64,000 nt of DNA from an uncultured delta proteobacterium (lineage in GTDB: Bacteria; Myxococcota_A; Polyangia; Polyangiales; Polyangiaceae): contig CAVQUB010000005.1 of assembly GCA_963716725.1 (NCBI GenBank), positions 128,001 to 192,000 of the forward strand, given 5' to 3'. The notes below the pieces were generated by a model that saw nothing but the letters and a program-made list of their open reading frames with translations, was not told the origin of the DNA and made no database searches. The translations under genes were made by a program, and so were the position numbers. This document shows positions 52,601-62,244 of this stretch, in pieces (positions within the stretch are counted from its first letter, which is position 1; each line of letters begins with the position of its first letter).

Positions 52601-52908
52601 CATTTGCACCCAGTCGTGGGTGTTCTGCAACCGCTCGTCGATCTTCGTCGCTAGGCGCCGACGCTGTGGCCGACGTCGTCGTCTGGATCACGCTGCGACC
52701 GAAGTGAGCGCTGGCTAGTATCGCGCCGGTGAGGATCTGACCGGTTCACGCGGCCAGCTCGAGACTCGATCAGCCACGCGAGCGAGGCGCCGAAAAGGCG
52801 CGACAGCGACTCGAGAGCATTGGCGGATCCTGACGACCGTCCAGACCGGACTTGGAGTCGCGCCCGGCATGGGCGCAGAACAGAAGGCGAGAACGCGTGA
52901 GCTCGGAG

Positions 52909-53652
52909 CTACTTGTAGTTCTGCACCGCCCAGTTACCTGCTGAGCTGAAACCACACGCCACTTTCGTGAACCATTTTGCGCTCATGTTCACATAGTGGC
53001 CGCACACGTCGCCGGTTTGGGAGCCGTAGAAGTCACAGCCTGTACAGCCGCCCGGGCCGGTGCACTGGTCGCACCCGGCGCAGCCGGCCTTGTCCTTCTC
53101 GTTCCACATGCTGTTGAGGCAGCCGGTGATCCCCCCGCCCAGGCATTCGTTCTGACCGGAACCGCCATCACAGCCGAACTTCTTGGAGCTCCACGCGCCG
53201 TGCGCTTTGCCCGTCTTGTTGTCGTCCGTGGCTTGGAGGTCAGCGCAGTTTTCGCCGTCGGTCCAGCGCTGCAGCGGCTGCAGGCTCTTGGTCGCGCGCA
53301 ATTGGTTGATGGTATCCACGCAGGCCTGCCGTTGCGCTGCAAATGGGTCGCCGCCGGTCGTGCCGCCGCTCGACGCGCCGCCAGTCGATGCGCCGCCAGT
53401 CGATGCGCCGCCAGTCGATGCGCCGCCAGTCGATGCGCCGCCAGTCGATGCGCCGCCAGTCGATGCGCCGCCAGTCGATGCGCCGCCAGTCGCCGCGCCG
53501 CCAGTCGATGCGCCGCCAGTCGATGCGCCGCCAGTCGATGCGCCGCCAGTGCCCGAGGGCCCTGCGTCTTCGAACGACAGGTTGTCGTATCCGAGCACGT
53601 TGCTGCACGACAGGAGCGCTGGCAGCGCAAGCAACATCAAGCCACGCAACAT
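52909..53652 (-). CDS. Lipoprotein with Gly-rich linker and CAP/SCP-like domain
   Basis: LLSC lipobox; CVDTINQLRA, GQNEC, GHYVNM...VACGF. Confidence 0.8.
   Translation of the reverse strand: MLRGLMLLALPALLSCSNVLGYDNLSFEDAGPSGTGGASTGGASTGGASTGGAATGGASTGGASTGGASTGGASTGGASTGGASTGGASTGGASSGGTTGGDPFAAQRQACVDTINQLRATKSLQPLQRWTDGENCADLQATDDNKTGKAHGAWSSKKFGCDGGSGQNECLGGGITGCLNSMWNEKDKAGCAGCDQCTGPGGCTGCDFYGSQTGDVCGHYVNMSAKWFTKVACGFSSAGNWAVQNYK
53372..53550. repeat. 15-bp coding tandem repeat (about 12 copies, TGGAS)
   Basis: gtcgatgcgccgcca units. Confidence 0.92.
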
Positions 53653-53765
53653 GAGCTCATAATGCGCGGTCTTGGCGTCCTCGTCGAGGCGCTGCCGCCT
53701 GACGGGCCCACTCTGACAAGAGCGCGCCCAAGACATCGATGATGCGCGCGGGAAACCGCTCCTTC

Positions 53766-55163
53766 TTACTCGAGCCAGCGAGCCAAGCCGCGGGCGTCCG
53801 GCAGTTCGATCACCCCGTCGGAGTCCAAATCTTCGACTCGGGTCTGCCACTCGGGGGTCTTGAAGCTCGAGCTCAGCACGCAAGCGCCGCTCGGGTGGAT
53901 GCTCGGCGCGTTGAACGAGCCCGGGAACTTGCCGAGCCTGGGTGCGGCGCTGCCCCGCACGAGCTGGAGGCTATCGCCGCTGAGCGAGCCCTTCGGCGCG
54001 GGGTCTTGCCAGATGTCCGACGGCGTTCCGCAGTAGGTGTCGCTGCCGTCGGAGCCGACGATGGCGACGGTGCCGCCGCGCTCGACCAGACCCAGCGCCG
54101 CGATGCTCGTCAACGGGGTGCCGACAGGGGTCTCGGCGGTCGGCGACGTCAACCACACCTGAAGCTGGCCGCCGGCGATGCGCGAGCGAAGCAGGGAACC
54201 GCTCGACGTGAGCGTGCCAGGCCAGCCGGAGTTGCAGTAAAACGAGAGATCATCGGGTTTTGGGCTGGTGTCCGGATAGAAGTCGAGTTTCGCCGTGGAG
54301 ACGTGGACGACCAATACGTCGCCCTTGGCCCAAGTGTCGCGGCGAAGCAGGGCATAGCCCTCGTCGCGTACCTGCTCGATGATTGGGGAGTGTTCGTCCG
54401 TTGCTCCGAAGTCTCCGAGCGCCAGCGCCTGAGTGCCGTTCGGGGTTGCGATTCGGAGTGTCTGGGTCAGCGGCTCGATGAAGACGAGGCGCTCACCGAC
54501 GCGCCACACCGGCGCTTTGCCGGAGTAGACAGGCACCACGCTACCGCTCTCGGAGATGAAAGCGTGAGCGGCGTCGGCGCTCCAAGTTGAGCGTGCCGGA
54601 GTGAAGCCGTTCGCGGTCGGGCCCACCGGGATCCACGGCCCGAGACTGGTCAGCGTGCTGCCGTCCCAACGGAAGCCCTCTTGGTCTTCGCCTTTTCCGA
54701 GCGTGAACGCCACCCACCCGTCATCGCTGGGGAATGGGTGGCTGATGAAGCCGTCGGTAAACGACCGCTGCGCGAGCAGCGTGCCGCGGCGGTCGAACAT
54801 CTGCAGGGTGCTTTGTTCGCCGACGTCGGTATGAGTCGCCACGAAGATCCGCGTAGCGGACGATCGCACTTCGGCCTGCACCGGCGGCGCGGTGCCCGGC
54901 GCAGACCAAGCGATGCTGGAGCTGCCGTCGTGATGCACGAACTCCACGCTGTTCGTTGTTGGGTAGTAGAGCGCGACATCGTGGCCGTCCGTGACGGGGG
55001 CTCCCGAGCAAATCAGGCTCTTCGCCGCGGGTGGGGTCGGCGTCGGGGACGGGGCAGGCCCGGGCGTCGGATCCTGGTGCGCGGGCGAGTCGACGGCGAC
55101 GCCGCCGCAGGCGGTCAGGGAGAGCGAGAGGGAAGCCGCGAGGCCAAAGCGAAGGTGGTGCAT
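53766..55163 (-). CDS. Lipoprotein, probably beta-rich
   Basis: MHHLRFGLAASLSLSLTAC; Pro/Thr linker. Confidence 0.75.
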   Translation of the reverse strand: MHHLRFGLAASLSLSLTACGGVAVDSPAHQDPTPGPAPSPTPTPPAAKSLICSGAPVTDGHDVALYYPTTNSVEFVHHDGSSSIAWSAPGTAPPVQAEVRSSATRIFVATHTDVGEQSTLQMFDRRGTLLAQRSFTDGFISHPFPSDDGWVAFTLGKGEDQEGFRWDGSTLTSLGPWIPVGPTANGFTPARSTWSADAAHAFISESGSVVPVYSGKAPVWRVGERLVFIEPLTQTLRIATPNGTQALALGDFGATDEHSPIIEQVRDEGYALLRRDTWAKGDVLVVHVSTAKLDFYPDTSPKPDDLSFYCNSGWPGTLTSSGSLLRSRIAGGQLQVWLTSPTAETPVGTPLTSIAALGLVERGGTVAIVGSDGSDTYCGTPSDIWQDPAPKGSLSGDSLQLVRGSAAPRLGKFPGSFNAPSIHPSGACVLSSSFKTPEWQTRVEDLDSDGVIELPDARGLARWLE

Positions 55164-55361
55164 GGCTCTGTGATGCCAGCGCCGGGGCCTTCGGACCAAC
55201 GAAATGATTCGCACGTATCGTTCGAAACAGCAGAACGATTTCAGGGCCCCTTCAGCGATTGCTGGGACAAACGAGAGGCCTGCGCGTCGCGCGCGGGGTC
55301 GTCCGCCCCAATCCGTCGGGCCGTGTGCTTCCCGGCGCGCGTGTCTCTCTGGCTGCGTGCG

Positions 55362-55406
55362 CTGTTCGCGGCGTACCTGGCACGGAGCTACGGGTTCGCG
55401 CGTTGA
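55362..55406 (+). repeat. Displaced 3' end of the CPBP protease gene
   Basis: LFAAYLARSYGFAR-stop vs LFAAYLARSYGMGR-stop; directly followed by the nadC RBS and start. Confidence 0.85.
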
Positions 55407-55415
55407 GGTGATACG

Positions 55416-56270
55416 GTGAGCGCCGTGTTCGTCTCGAGTTTGCTCGATCGCATCGTCGATCTCGCGTTGGCCGAAGATCTCGAAGGCGGCGACTTGACCA
55501 CCGAAGCCACGGTGTCGCACGAGGCTCGCGCGGTGGCTCGCGCGGTGGCGCGGACCGATTTGGTGGTCTGCGGAGGAGACGTCTTCGCGCGGGTGTTCTA
55601 TCGGGTAGATCCGGGGCTGCGCGTCGAGCGCCTGCTCGACGAAGGCGCCGACGCGAAGCGGGGCGACGTGCTCTGGGTGGTCGAAGGCGCCGCGCGTTCG
55701 TTGCTGATGGGCGAGCGCACCGCGCTCAACTTCGCGCAGCGCATGAGCGGGATAGCGACGCTGGCCCGGCGCTACGTTCGGGCGCTGCCCGAGGGATCGG
55801 CCACGCGCATCACCGACACCCGCAAGACCACGCCCGGGCTGCGGGCCCTCGAGCGCTACGCGGTGCGGACCGGCGGCGCCCACAACCATCGCGACACGCT
55901 CGGCTCGGCGGTGATGATCAAGGACAACCACATCCAAGCGGCCGGCGGCATTCGAGTCGCCGTCGAGCGGGCGCGGGTCCGGGCACCGCACACCTCGAAG
56001 ATCGAGGTCGAGGTGGCGTCCCTCAGCGAACTCGACCAGGCGCTGGCCGCCGGCGCGGACATCGTGATGCTCGACAACTTCGCGCCGGACGAGGTGGTGG
56101 AGGCAGTAGCCAAGGCCAAGGGCAAGGCGTTGGTCGAGGTCTCGGGGGGCGTCACCCTCGATCGCATCGCCGAACTCGCGGCCAAGGGCGTGGACGTGAT
56201 CAGCTCGGGCGCCCTCACGCACTCGGCGCCGAGCGCCGACATCGCGCTGGATCTCGAGCGACTGGGATGA
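55416..56270 (+). CDS. nadC: Nicotinate-nucleotide diphosphorylase (quinolinate phosphoribosyltransferase)
   Basis: ERTALN, DTRKTTPGLR, IKDNH, VMLDNF, SGALTHSA. Confidence 0.97.
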   Translation: MSAVFVSSLLDRIVDLALAEDLEGGDLTTEATVSHEARAVARAVARTDLVVCGGDVFARVFYRVDPGLRVERLLDEGADAKRGDVLWVVEGAARSLLMGERTALNFAQRMSGIATLARRYVRALPEGSATRITDTRKTTPGLRALERYAVRTGGAHNHRDTLGSAVMIKDNHIQAAGGIRVAVERARVRAPHTSKIEVEVASLSELDQALAAGADIVMLDNFAPDEVVEAVAKAKGKALVEVSGGVTLDRIAELAAKGVDVISSGALTHSAPSADIALDLERLG

Positions 56271-57043
56271 GCAGCCTCGACGCGGCGCGAGTCGCGGAGC
56301 TGCGCCTTTTGCGCGGCGTCACGATTGGAGATCCCCTGGTGGCCGTCTCCGAGACGGGATCGACCAACGACGACGCCATGGACGCGGCGCGGGCCGGCGC
56401 TCCGCACGGTGCGACCTTCGTCGCTGACACGCAGACCCGCGGACGCGGGCGGCGCGGGGCGCGTTGGACCTCGCCGCCGGGCGAGAACCTGCTCGTGTCG
56501 GTGTTGCTCCGGCCCGAGCTGTCGCCCGAGCGCACCGGAACGCTGACGCTAGCCGTGGGGCTCGCGGTGCGCGAGGTCGCGGCGGCGCGGACTCGGGCCG
56601 ACCTGCGCGTGAAGTGGCCCAACGACGTGCTCGCGGGCGACGCCAAGCTCGCTGGGATCTTGCTCGAGAGCCAGCTCGAGGCCGGTCGCGTCACGGCCGT
56701 GGTGGTCGGCATCGGGATCAACGTCGCGATGCGCGAGCTGCCCTCCGAGCTCCGAGGCGTCGCGACCTCCCTCGCGCTGCTCGGTGATCCCAGCCCGAGT
56801 CGCGAAGAGGTCCTGGTCGAGCTGCTCGCAGCGATCGAGCGACGCCTCGCCATCCACCAGCGCGACGGGCTGGCCCCGGTGCTGGACGAGCTGCGCTCCT
56901 TCGACGCGCTCGCGGATCGCCGGGTGCGGGTCGATCGGGTCGAGGGCACGGCCGCCGGCATCGCCGAGGACGGCGCGCTCCTGGTGCGGACCGACGCCGG
57001 GATCGAGGCACGGATCACCGCCGGCGGCGTTGTGCTGGTCTGA
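56267..57043 (+). CDS. birA: Biotin-protein ligase (no HTH domain)
   Basis: STND, QTRGRGRRG, KWPND, KLAGILLE, GIGIN. Confidence 0.95.
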   Translation: MSSLDAARVAELRLLRGVTIGDPLVAVSETGSTNDDAMDAARAGAPHGATFVADTQTRGRGRRGARWTSPPGENLLVSVLLRPELSPERTGTLTLAVGLAVREVAAARTRADLRVKWPNDVLAGDAKLAGILLESQLEAGRVTAVVVGIGINVAMRELPSELRGVATSLALLGDPSPSREEVLVELLAAIERRLAIHQRDGLAPVLDELRSFDALADRRVRVDRVEGTAAGIAEDGALLVRTDAGIEARITAGGVVLV

Positions 57044-57156
57044 CGCGGGCGGCGTGCCATGTGTGCCACTGTGCCGCCAAAGCGCACACAAACCAGGAAA
57101 ATCCTGGGAATTTGTCAGGGGCACATCCCGGCACACTGGTTGCTCTAGGTCCCCAC

Positions 57157-57843
57157 ATGATCAAGACCCTCGCCCTGACCGTCGCCGGCCTCGCCCTCGT
57201 GCTCACCGCCGCTTGCGGCGGCAAGACCGACGACCCCAACAACAACTCGGGCGGCAGCGCTGGCAGTGGCGCCACCGGAGCCACCGGAGGCGGGGGCAGC
57301 GGCGGCGCGAGCGGGGGCAGCGGCGGCGCGAGCGGGGGCAGCGGCGGCATGCCGGTCGAGTGTTCGGTCCCCATCACCGAGCCCGGGCCGTACCCGACCA
57401 AGCTCCGCTTCGTGAACCCTGGCAGCGCGTCGCTCTTCGTCCGCGAAGACTGCCAGCTTCGCTGGGAGCTCTATTCGTGCGCCGACGGCTACTCGAAGGA
57501 GGTCCCGCACGAGGCCGACTGCATGTCGTCCTGCGCGGAGGCGGGCATGGGCTGCATCGCCTGCGGCGCTTGCATGATGCAGGCGATCGAGGTGACGACC
57601 GCCAGCCCCCTCGAGACCGATTGGAGCGGATCGACGTTCGACTTCGCGCAGAAGAACGGCTGCTCCTGCTACAACAAGAGCAACGCTGTGCCCGGAAAAT
57701 ACGCGATCCGCGTGCCAGTGTTCACTTCCAAAGAAGACGCCGAGAGCTTCAGCGCTGGCTACGAAGTCTGGGGCTACTTCGATCTTCCCGCGAAGAACGG
57801 CGTCGTCGAGGTGACCTTGGTGCCGACGCCCGAAGAGGGGTGA
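57157..57843 (+). CDS. Cys-rich lipoprotein
   Basis: LTAAC lipobox; Gly/Ser linker. Confidence 0.8.
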   Translation: MIKTLALTVAGLALVLTAACGGKTDDPNNNSGGSAGSGATGATGGGGSGGASGGSGGASGGSGGMPVECSVPITEPGPYPTKLRFVNPGSASLFVREDCQLRWELYSCADGYSKEVPHEADCMSSCAEAGMGCIACGACMMQAIEVTTASPLETDWSGSTFDFAQKNGCSCYNKSNAVPGKYAIRVPVFTSKEDAESFSAGYEVWGYFDLPAKNGVVEVTLVPTPEEG

Positions 57844-58043
57844 CGAAGAGTGAACGCGTCTGCCCCCACCTGTCCGCGCTGCGCCGAGCCGCTCGGAATT
57901 GCGCAGGCGCCGGACATGCAGGGGGGATGGTCCACGAGTGGCTGGACGCGAGCGTTCGCAGCCGGGGTTTCTAGCGGCTGGCCCGGACGCGCGTCAATAC
58001 ACCTGTATTGACATAGGCTCGAGTCGGGCTCAGGCTGGGAGCT

Positions 58044-58535
58044 GTGGCCACCAAGACGACTCAACTCCAGATCCGGGTGACGGCTCGCCAAAAGGCCAGG
58101 CTCCGGCAACGAGCCAAGGCCGCGCGGATGAGCCTGTCGGAGTGGGTGCTGGCGCAAGCGTTTCCCCCCCGCCGCGCCGAGTTCGACCGCCTGGTCTCGG
58201 AGCTCGAGTTCGAAGACCGGCGCTCTTTCGCGCTCGCGGCGCTGCACGACTTCCTGGCCGGGCTCGACGCGGACGAGCTGCCTCGGGTGCTCGACGAGCC
58301 GCCGGTCGCGCGTCCGCCCGCGCCCTACGACGCGGTGCTCGCCGCGATGATCGAGCATGCAGCGTCGCGCGCGTCCGCGCGCGTGCCGGTGTGGGTTCGA
58401 GACACCCCCGCAGTCCCGACTCCCTGGTTTGCTTCCGCTCTCAGGAGCGTGCGCCTGCACTTGCTCGCCAGCTCTCCGCCCGCGTTCCGACGCCGCAACC
58501 TATTCGTGGACACGGCCGTCGGGGGACGAGTGTGA
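58044..58535 (+). CDS. Putative antitoxin with ribbon-helix-helix N-terminus
   Basis: KTTQLQIRVT...K....A....MSLSEWVL; SPPAFRRRNLFV; GTGA overlap. Confidence 0.75.
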   Translation: MATKTTQLQIRVTARQKARLRQRAKAARMSLSEWVLAQAFPPRRAEFDRLVSELEFEDRRSFALAALHDFLAGLDADELPRVLDEPPVARPPAPYDAVLAAMIEHAASRASARVPVWVRDTPAVPTPWFASALRSVRLHLLASSPPAFRRRNLFVDTAVGGRV

Positions 58536-59062
58536 TCGACAGCGCACTCTCGGCGGCAAAGATCCGCGTCCTGCTCTCCGCCCTCGAAGCGAAGCTTCGG
58601 GAGCGCAACGTCCACGGTGAGCTCTACGTGATCGGAGGAGCAGTCATGTGCCTGGTGTTCGGTGCGCGCGAGGCGACGCGTGACGTAGACGCCCTGTTCG
58701 CACCCACGCGGGAGCTGCGCGAAGCCGCAGCGCGCGTGGCGACCGAGCACGGGCTGCCAGACACCTGGCTCAACGACGCGGCCAAGGGCTACCTGAGCGC
58801 GACCGGCAGCTTCGCACCCTTTCTGTCGCTGCCGAACCTGAGCGTCGCGACCGCTACGCCGGAGTACCTGCTGGCGATGAAGTGTCTCGCGATGCGCCTG
58901 GGGCCCGAGTTCCACGATGAGGCGGACGTGCGCTACCTACTGCGATTTCTCAACATCGACCGCTACGCTGACGCCGTCCGGATCCTGGAGCTGTTCTACC
59001 CCATCCAGCGATTTCCGCAGAAGACGCTGTACGCCCTCGAAGAGATCTTGGACGGGGGGTAG
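58532..59062 (+). CDS. Nucleotidyltransferase (DUF6036-like) putative toxin
   Basis: YVIGGAVM...REATRDVDA, WLNDAAKG, YLLAMKC. Confidence 0.8.
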   Translation: MIDSALSAAKIRVLLSALEAKLRERNVHGELYVIGGAVMCLVFGAREATRDVDALFAPTRELREAAARVATEHGLPDTWLNDAAKGYLSATGSFAPFLSLPNLSVATATPEYLLAMKCLAMRLGPEFHDEADVRYLLRFLNIDRYADAVRILELFYPIQRFPQKTLYALEEILDGG

Positions 59063-59263
59063 CGACGCGCCGGATCCCGAATCAGGCCGCTTCAGCCAAC
59101 GCCGGCGCGTTCGTCTCGCGCAGCCGTTCGGCCAGCAGGCGGCGCCCGCGGTCGGTCCGGCCGGGGTCGCGCTCGACCTGTGCGCGGCCCACGGCACTTG
59201 GTTCGACGTCCTGGAGATCCAGCGCATCATGAGCGACGCGGAGCATCGGCCTCGAGCGCCCGC

Positions 59264-60091
59264 TCAGTACGAGTAGGTCAACTCGTAGCTGTCGCACGCG
59301 TCGGCCGTTTGCGACACGGTGGTGAACAGCGTCGCCGCCTGCGTGCTGCCCACGCCCGAGCAGCTGACCTGCAGCTCCACGGCTTGTGTCCCGCAGCAGC
59401 CCTTGCGCCCGGCCGGAGAGGTCGCCGTCGTGCCCTTGGTGCACAGGATGTTCGCCGCGCCGTTGGTGCAGGTGGCGTACATGCAAACGTCGAGGGAGGC
59501 CTTGTCCACGGAAGCCTTCGCCTTCGGAGAACAGCCGATCACGGCGCCGGCAGCCTCGATCTTGTACCAGTCGACGTCTTTCTTGCCTGCCAAGATGCCC
59601 TTCTCGGTCTTGGCCGCAGCGCTGCAATTGACGCCGGCGATGGGCGCTGCTGCGGACTCGCTTTCGTTGGGCTCGTTCAGCGGGTCAGGGCAGTTCGCGG
59701 TGCCGCCGGTGCCGCCGGTAGCCGCGCCGCCCGTTCCACCGCTGCCGCCCGTTCCACCGCTACCGCCCGTTCCACCGCTGCCGCCCGCGCCGCCGGTTGC
59801 TCCGCCGCTGCCGCCCGCGCCGCCCGTTGCGCCACCGCTGCCGCCGCCCGCGCTGCCTCCCGCTCCAGCGGCTCCGCCGGTCGCCGCGCCCCCCGAGCCA
59901 GCATTCCCAGCGGCTCCGCCGGTCGCGCCGGCGCTGCCGCCCGCGCCGCCCGTTGCGCCGCCGCTACCGCCCGTCGCACCGCCCTTGCCGCCGGTGGCGG
60001 TGAACGAATCATCCTCGCCGCCGCAGCCCACGGCCGCAGCCGAGAGAACGATGGCCAACCCGGTGATCCATGACAGTTCGAATCCACGCAT
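59264..60091 (-). CDS. Gly-rich lipoprotein with Cys-containing C-terminal domain
   Basis: AVGC lipobox; GGAGG repeats; EPNES, DVDWY. Confidence 0.8.
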   Translation of the reverse strand: MRGFELSWITGLAIVLSAAAVGCGGEDDSFTATGGKGGATGGSGGATGGAGGSAGATGGAAGNAGSGGAATGGAAGAGGSAGGGSGGATGGAGGSGGATGGAGGSGGTGGSGGTGGSGGTGGAATGGTGGTANCPDPLNEPNESESAAAPIAGVNCSAAAKTEKGILAGKKDVDWYKIEAAGAVIGCSPKAKASVDKASLDVCMYATCTNGAANILCTKGTTATSPAGRKGCCGTQAVELQVSCSGVGSTQAATLFTTVSQTADACDSYELTYSY

Positions 60092-60190
60092 GAAGATACC
60101 TCCTGTCAGCCAGTGTTCTTCAGGCGGAAATGCGACGTGAGCGTTGTTTTTCGACGCCGCCGTCGGCTGCCGACACCCCTGTCGGCTTCG

Positions 60191-60787
60191 CTATTTCTCG
60201 GGCTCGTTCGTGTCGTCGTTCGACGGCCCCTTTTCGTCACCCAAGCAGAAGCCCTGCCAGCGTCGCCGGAGCGGCGTGCTCGTGCGCAGCTCGGGTATCA
60301 TTGCCCCGGCCATCGAGATCCCGGCGATGAACGCAGCGGCGGTCCTCGCGTCCGCCGGCAACGCTCCGGCCTTGCTGCTCAGCCGCTCCAGTCGACCCAA
60401 GAGCTGGCGCGCCTCGTCGCGGATCTGAGCCAGTTGCTCGCCTGAAAAGGCAGGCCGCTTGTCGACGGACGCATCGAAGAGCAGGGTGAACGCGGCGGGC
60501 CGCGACTGTGCCAGGCGCACCGGGACGTCGAGGGACTCTGCCAGCGACTTTGCCTCTTCCAGGCGTTCTTGCAGGTCCTCGAGGGCCGATCGTGCCAACT
60601 CCTGAATCAACGTCTCGAGGGACTCGAAGTAGGTGTAGAGGGTGGCGCGTCCGAGCTCCGCGTGGGACGCCACGCGCTCGACGCTGAACGTCGCCCAGCC
60701 GTGCTCTTCGGCGACCTGCCAGGCGGAGGCCAGGATGGCGGTCCGCCGATTGGCCTTTTCGCGTTCGCGCCGCTCGTTGATGCCCAC
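60191..60787 (-). CDS. TetR-family regulator
   Basis: RRTAILASA...FSVERVASHAELGRATLYTYFES. Confidence 0.88.
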   Translation of the reverse strand: MGINERREREKANRRTAILASAWQVAEEHGWATFSVERVASHAELGRATLYTYFESLETLIQELARSALEDLQERLEEAKSLAESLDVPVRLAQSRPAAFTLLFDASVDKRPAFSGEQLAQIRDEARQLLGRLERLSSKAGALPADARTAAAFIAGISMAGAMIPELRTSTPLRRRWQGFCLGDEKGPSNDDTNEPEK

Positions 60788-60831
60788 GCTCCAATCGAAC
60801 GCTACGTTGCACACTCCGTCAAGCAAGGGGG

Positions 60832-62244
60832 CTAACGCAGGTAGGGATTGGATTCGGAGATCCCATCGGGCGCCTTCGGCCCCGGCGGCTTGCGCGGCGC
60901 GGGCCCCGAGTCGCGTGGCCTGGGGGCGACGGTCGCTGGCCCCGCGCTGGGTGCAGGGTGCGAGCTCGACGACGGCACGACCGCCACGGGCTGGGAGTCG
61001 CGCGGCGCCGAACTCGCTGACTCTGGCGGCGCTGCGAGCCGAGCCGCGCTTTCGAGCGGACTCGCCATCGGCTCCGACCCAGCTAAAGGCGCGTTCGACG
61101 ACGAGCGGCTCGCCAGAACGAAGGCCACGGCCGCGGCGATGCCCGCCACTCCGACCAAGCCCCAGGTCCTCGCCTTGCGTCCCGCCGAGTGCTTGCGTCC
61201 GATCTGGGTCGGGCCCGTCGAGGTCACCTCCGCGGATGCCGTGACAACGCCCGCGTGCGGCAGCGCTCCCGACTGCAGCAGCGCGGCCAACCTCGAGCGG
61301 CGTTCGGCCAGCTCCGCGCCGGTCAGCTCCTCGAGCATCAGAGCGACCTCGGCGTGTGTTGCGAGCCAGCCCGTGTCGCGGGCTATTTGCTCGATCGCGT
61401 CCGCCATTTCCCGAGCGCTGCCGAATCGATCTTCGGGCTGCTTGGCGCAAGCGCGGGCGACCAATGCTTCGATCCGAGGGGCCACGACCAGCGCACCCTG
61501 TGAAATGGCCGGCAGAGTTTCGCTCATCACCAGCTGCACCAATTGTCCTTCGCTGGCGCCCGGCCAGAGGTCGCGGCCCGCGAGCATGAGCCAGAGAGTC
61601 AGTCCCAGCGAATAGATGTCGAGACGAGCGTCGACGCGCCCGCGCCGCAAGTATTCGGGAGGCATGTACAGGAGCTTGCCGATCAAATATTGCTCGTCGG
61701 TCACCACCGATCCGAACGCGCTCTTGGCGATACCGAAGTCCGCAATCCGTGCCACCCCTTCGCGCCCGATGAGCACGTTCTGCAACGAGACGTCGCGGTG
61801 CAGCATCTGCAGGTGCCTCCCGGCGGAGTCAGTGGCTTCGTGCACGGCCTGAAGGCCCGCCAGAACGTCGAGCGCGATGCGCAAGGCCACCGGCGGCGGG
61901 AGCTGGCGCCCGCGCAGCGCCGCGCGATCGACGAGCTCGTCCAAGCTCGCGCCTTCCACGTAGTCGAGCACCAGATACGGGCCGGCATCGTCGCGACCGA
62001 CCTGTTGCGTGCCCACGACGTTGGCGTGACGCACGTGAGCGGCCAAACGCGCCTCGTTCATGAAGCGTTCGACGGCTTCCGGAACGCCGAGCAAGTGCGG
62101 ATGGAGGCGCTTGACCACGACCAGGCGCTCGAAGCGATCCGCACCCAGGGCGCGTGAGAGAAAAGCCGCGCCCATTCCGCCCCGTCCCAGCTCGAAGAGC
62201 GGTTGGTATGCGCCGATCGGCTCGAGCGGCGGGGAGCCCACCAT
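60832..62244 (-). CDS. Ser/Thr protein kinase with TM segment and Pro-rich tail
   Basis: GRGGMG, VVVKR, HRDVSLQN, DFG, GKLLYMPPE. Confidence 0.92.
   Translation of the reverse strand: MVGSPPLEPIGAYQPLFELGRGGMGAAFLSRALGADRFERLVVVKRLHPHLLGVPEAVERFMNEARLAAHVRHANVVGTQQVGRDDAGPYLVLDYVEGASLDELVDRAALRGRQLPPPVALRIALDVLAGLQAVHEATDSAGRHLQMLHRDVSLQNVLIGREGVARIADFGIAKSAFGSVVTDEQYLIGKLLYMPPEYLRRGRVDARLDIYSLGLTLWLMLAGRDLWPGASEGQLVQLVMSETLPAISQGALVVAPRIEALVARACAKQPEDRFGSAREMADAIEQIARDTGWLATHAEVALMLEELTGAELAERRSRLAALLQSGALPHAGVVTASAEVTSTGPTQIGRKHSAGRKARTWGLVGVAGIAAAVAFVLASRSSSNAPLAGSEPMASPLESAARLAAPPESASSAPRDSQPVAVVPSSSSHPAPSAGPATVAPRPRDSGPAPRKPPGPKAPDGISESNPYLR

Larger units (their letters stand above)
46504..55361. 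mobile_element. Integrase-free accessory island bounded by a duplicated gene 3' end
   Basis: 46459-46503 vs 55362-55406: 37/45 identical, first 20 bp exact. Confidence 0.75.

Noticed and set aside
53372..53550. 15-bp tandem repeat as a non-coding array
   Set aside because: It is an in-frame TGGAS linker of a lipoprotein, common in myxobacterial proteins
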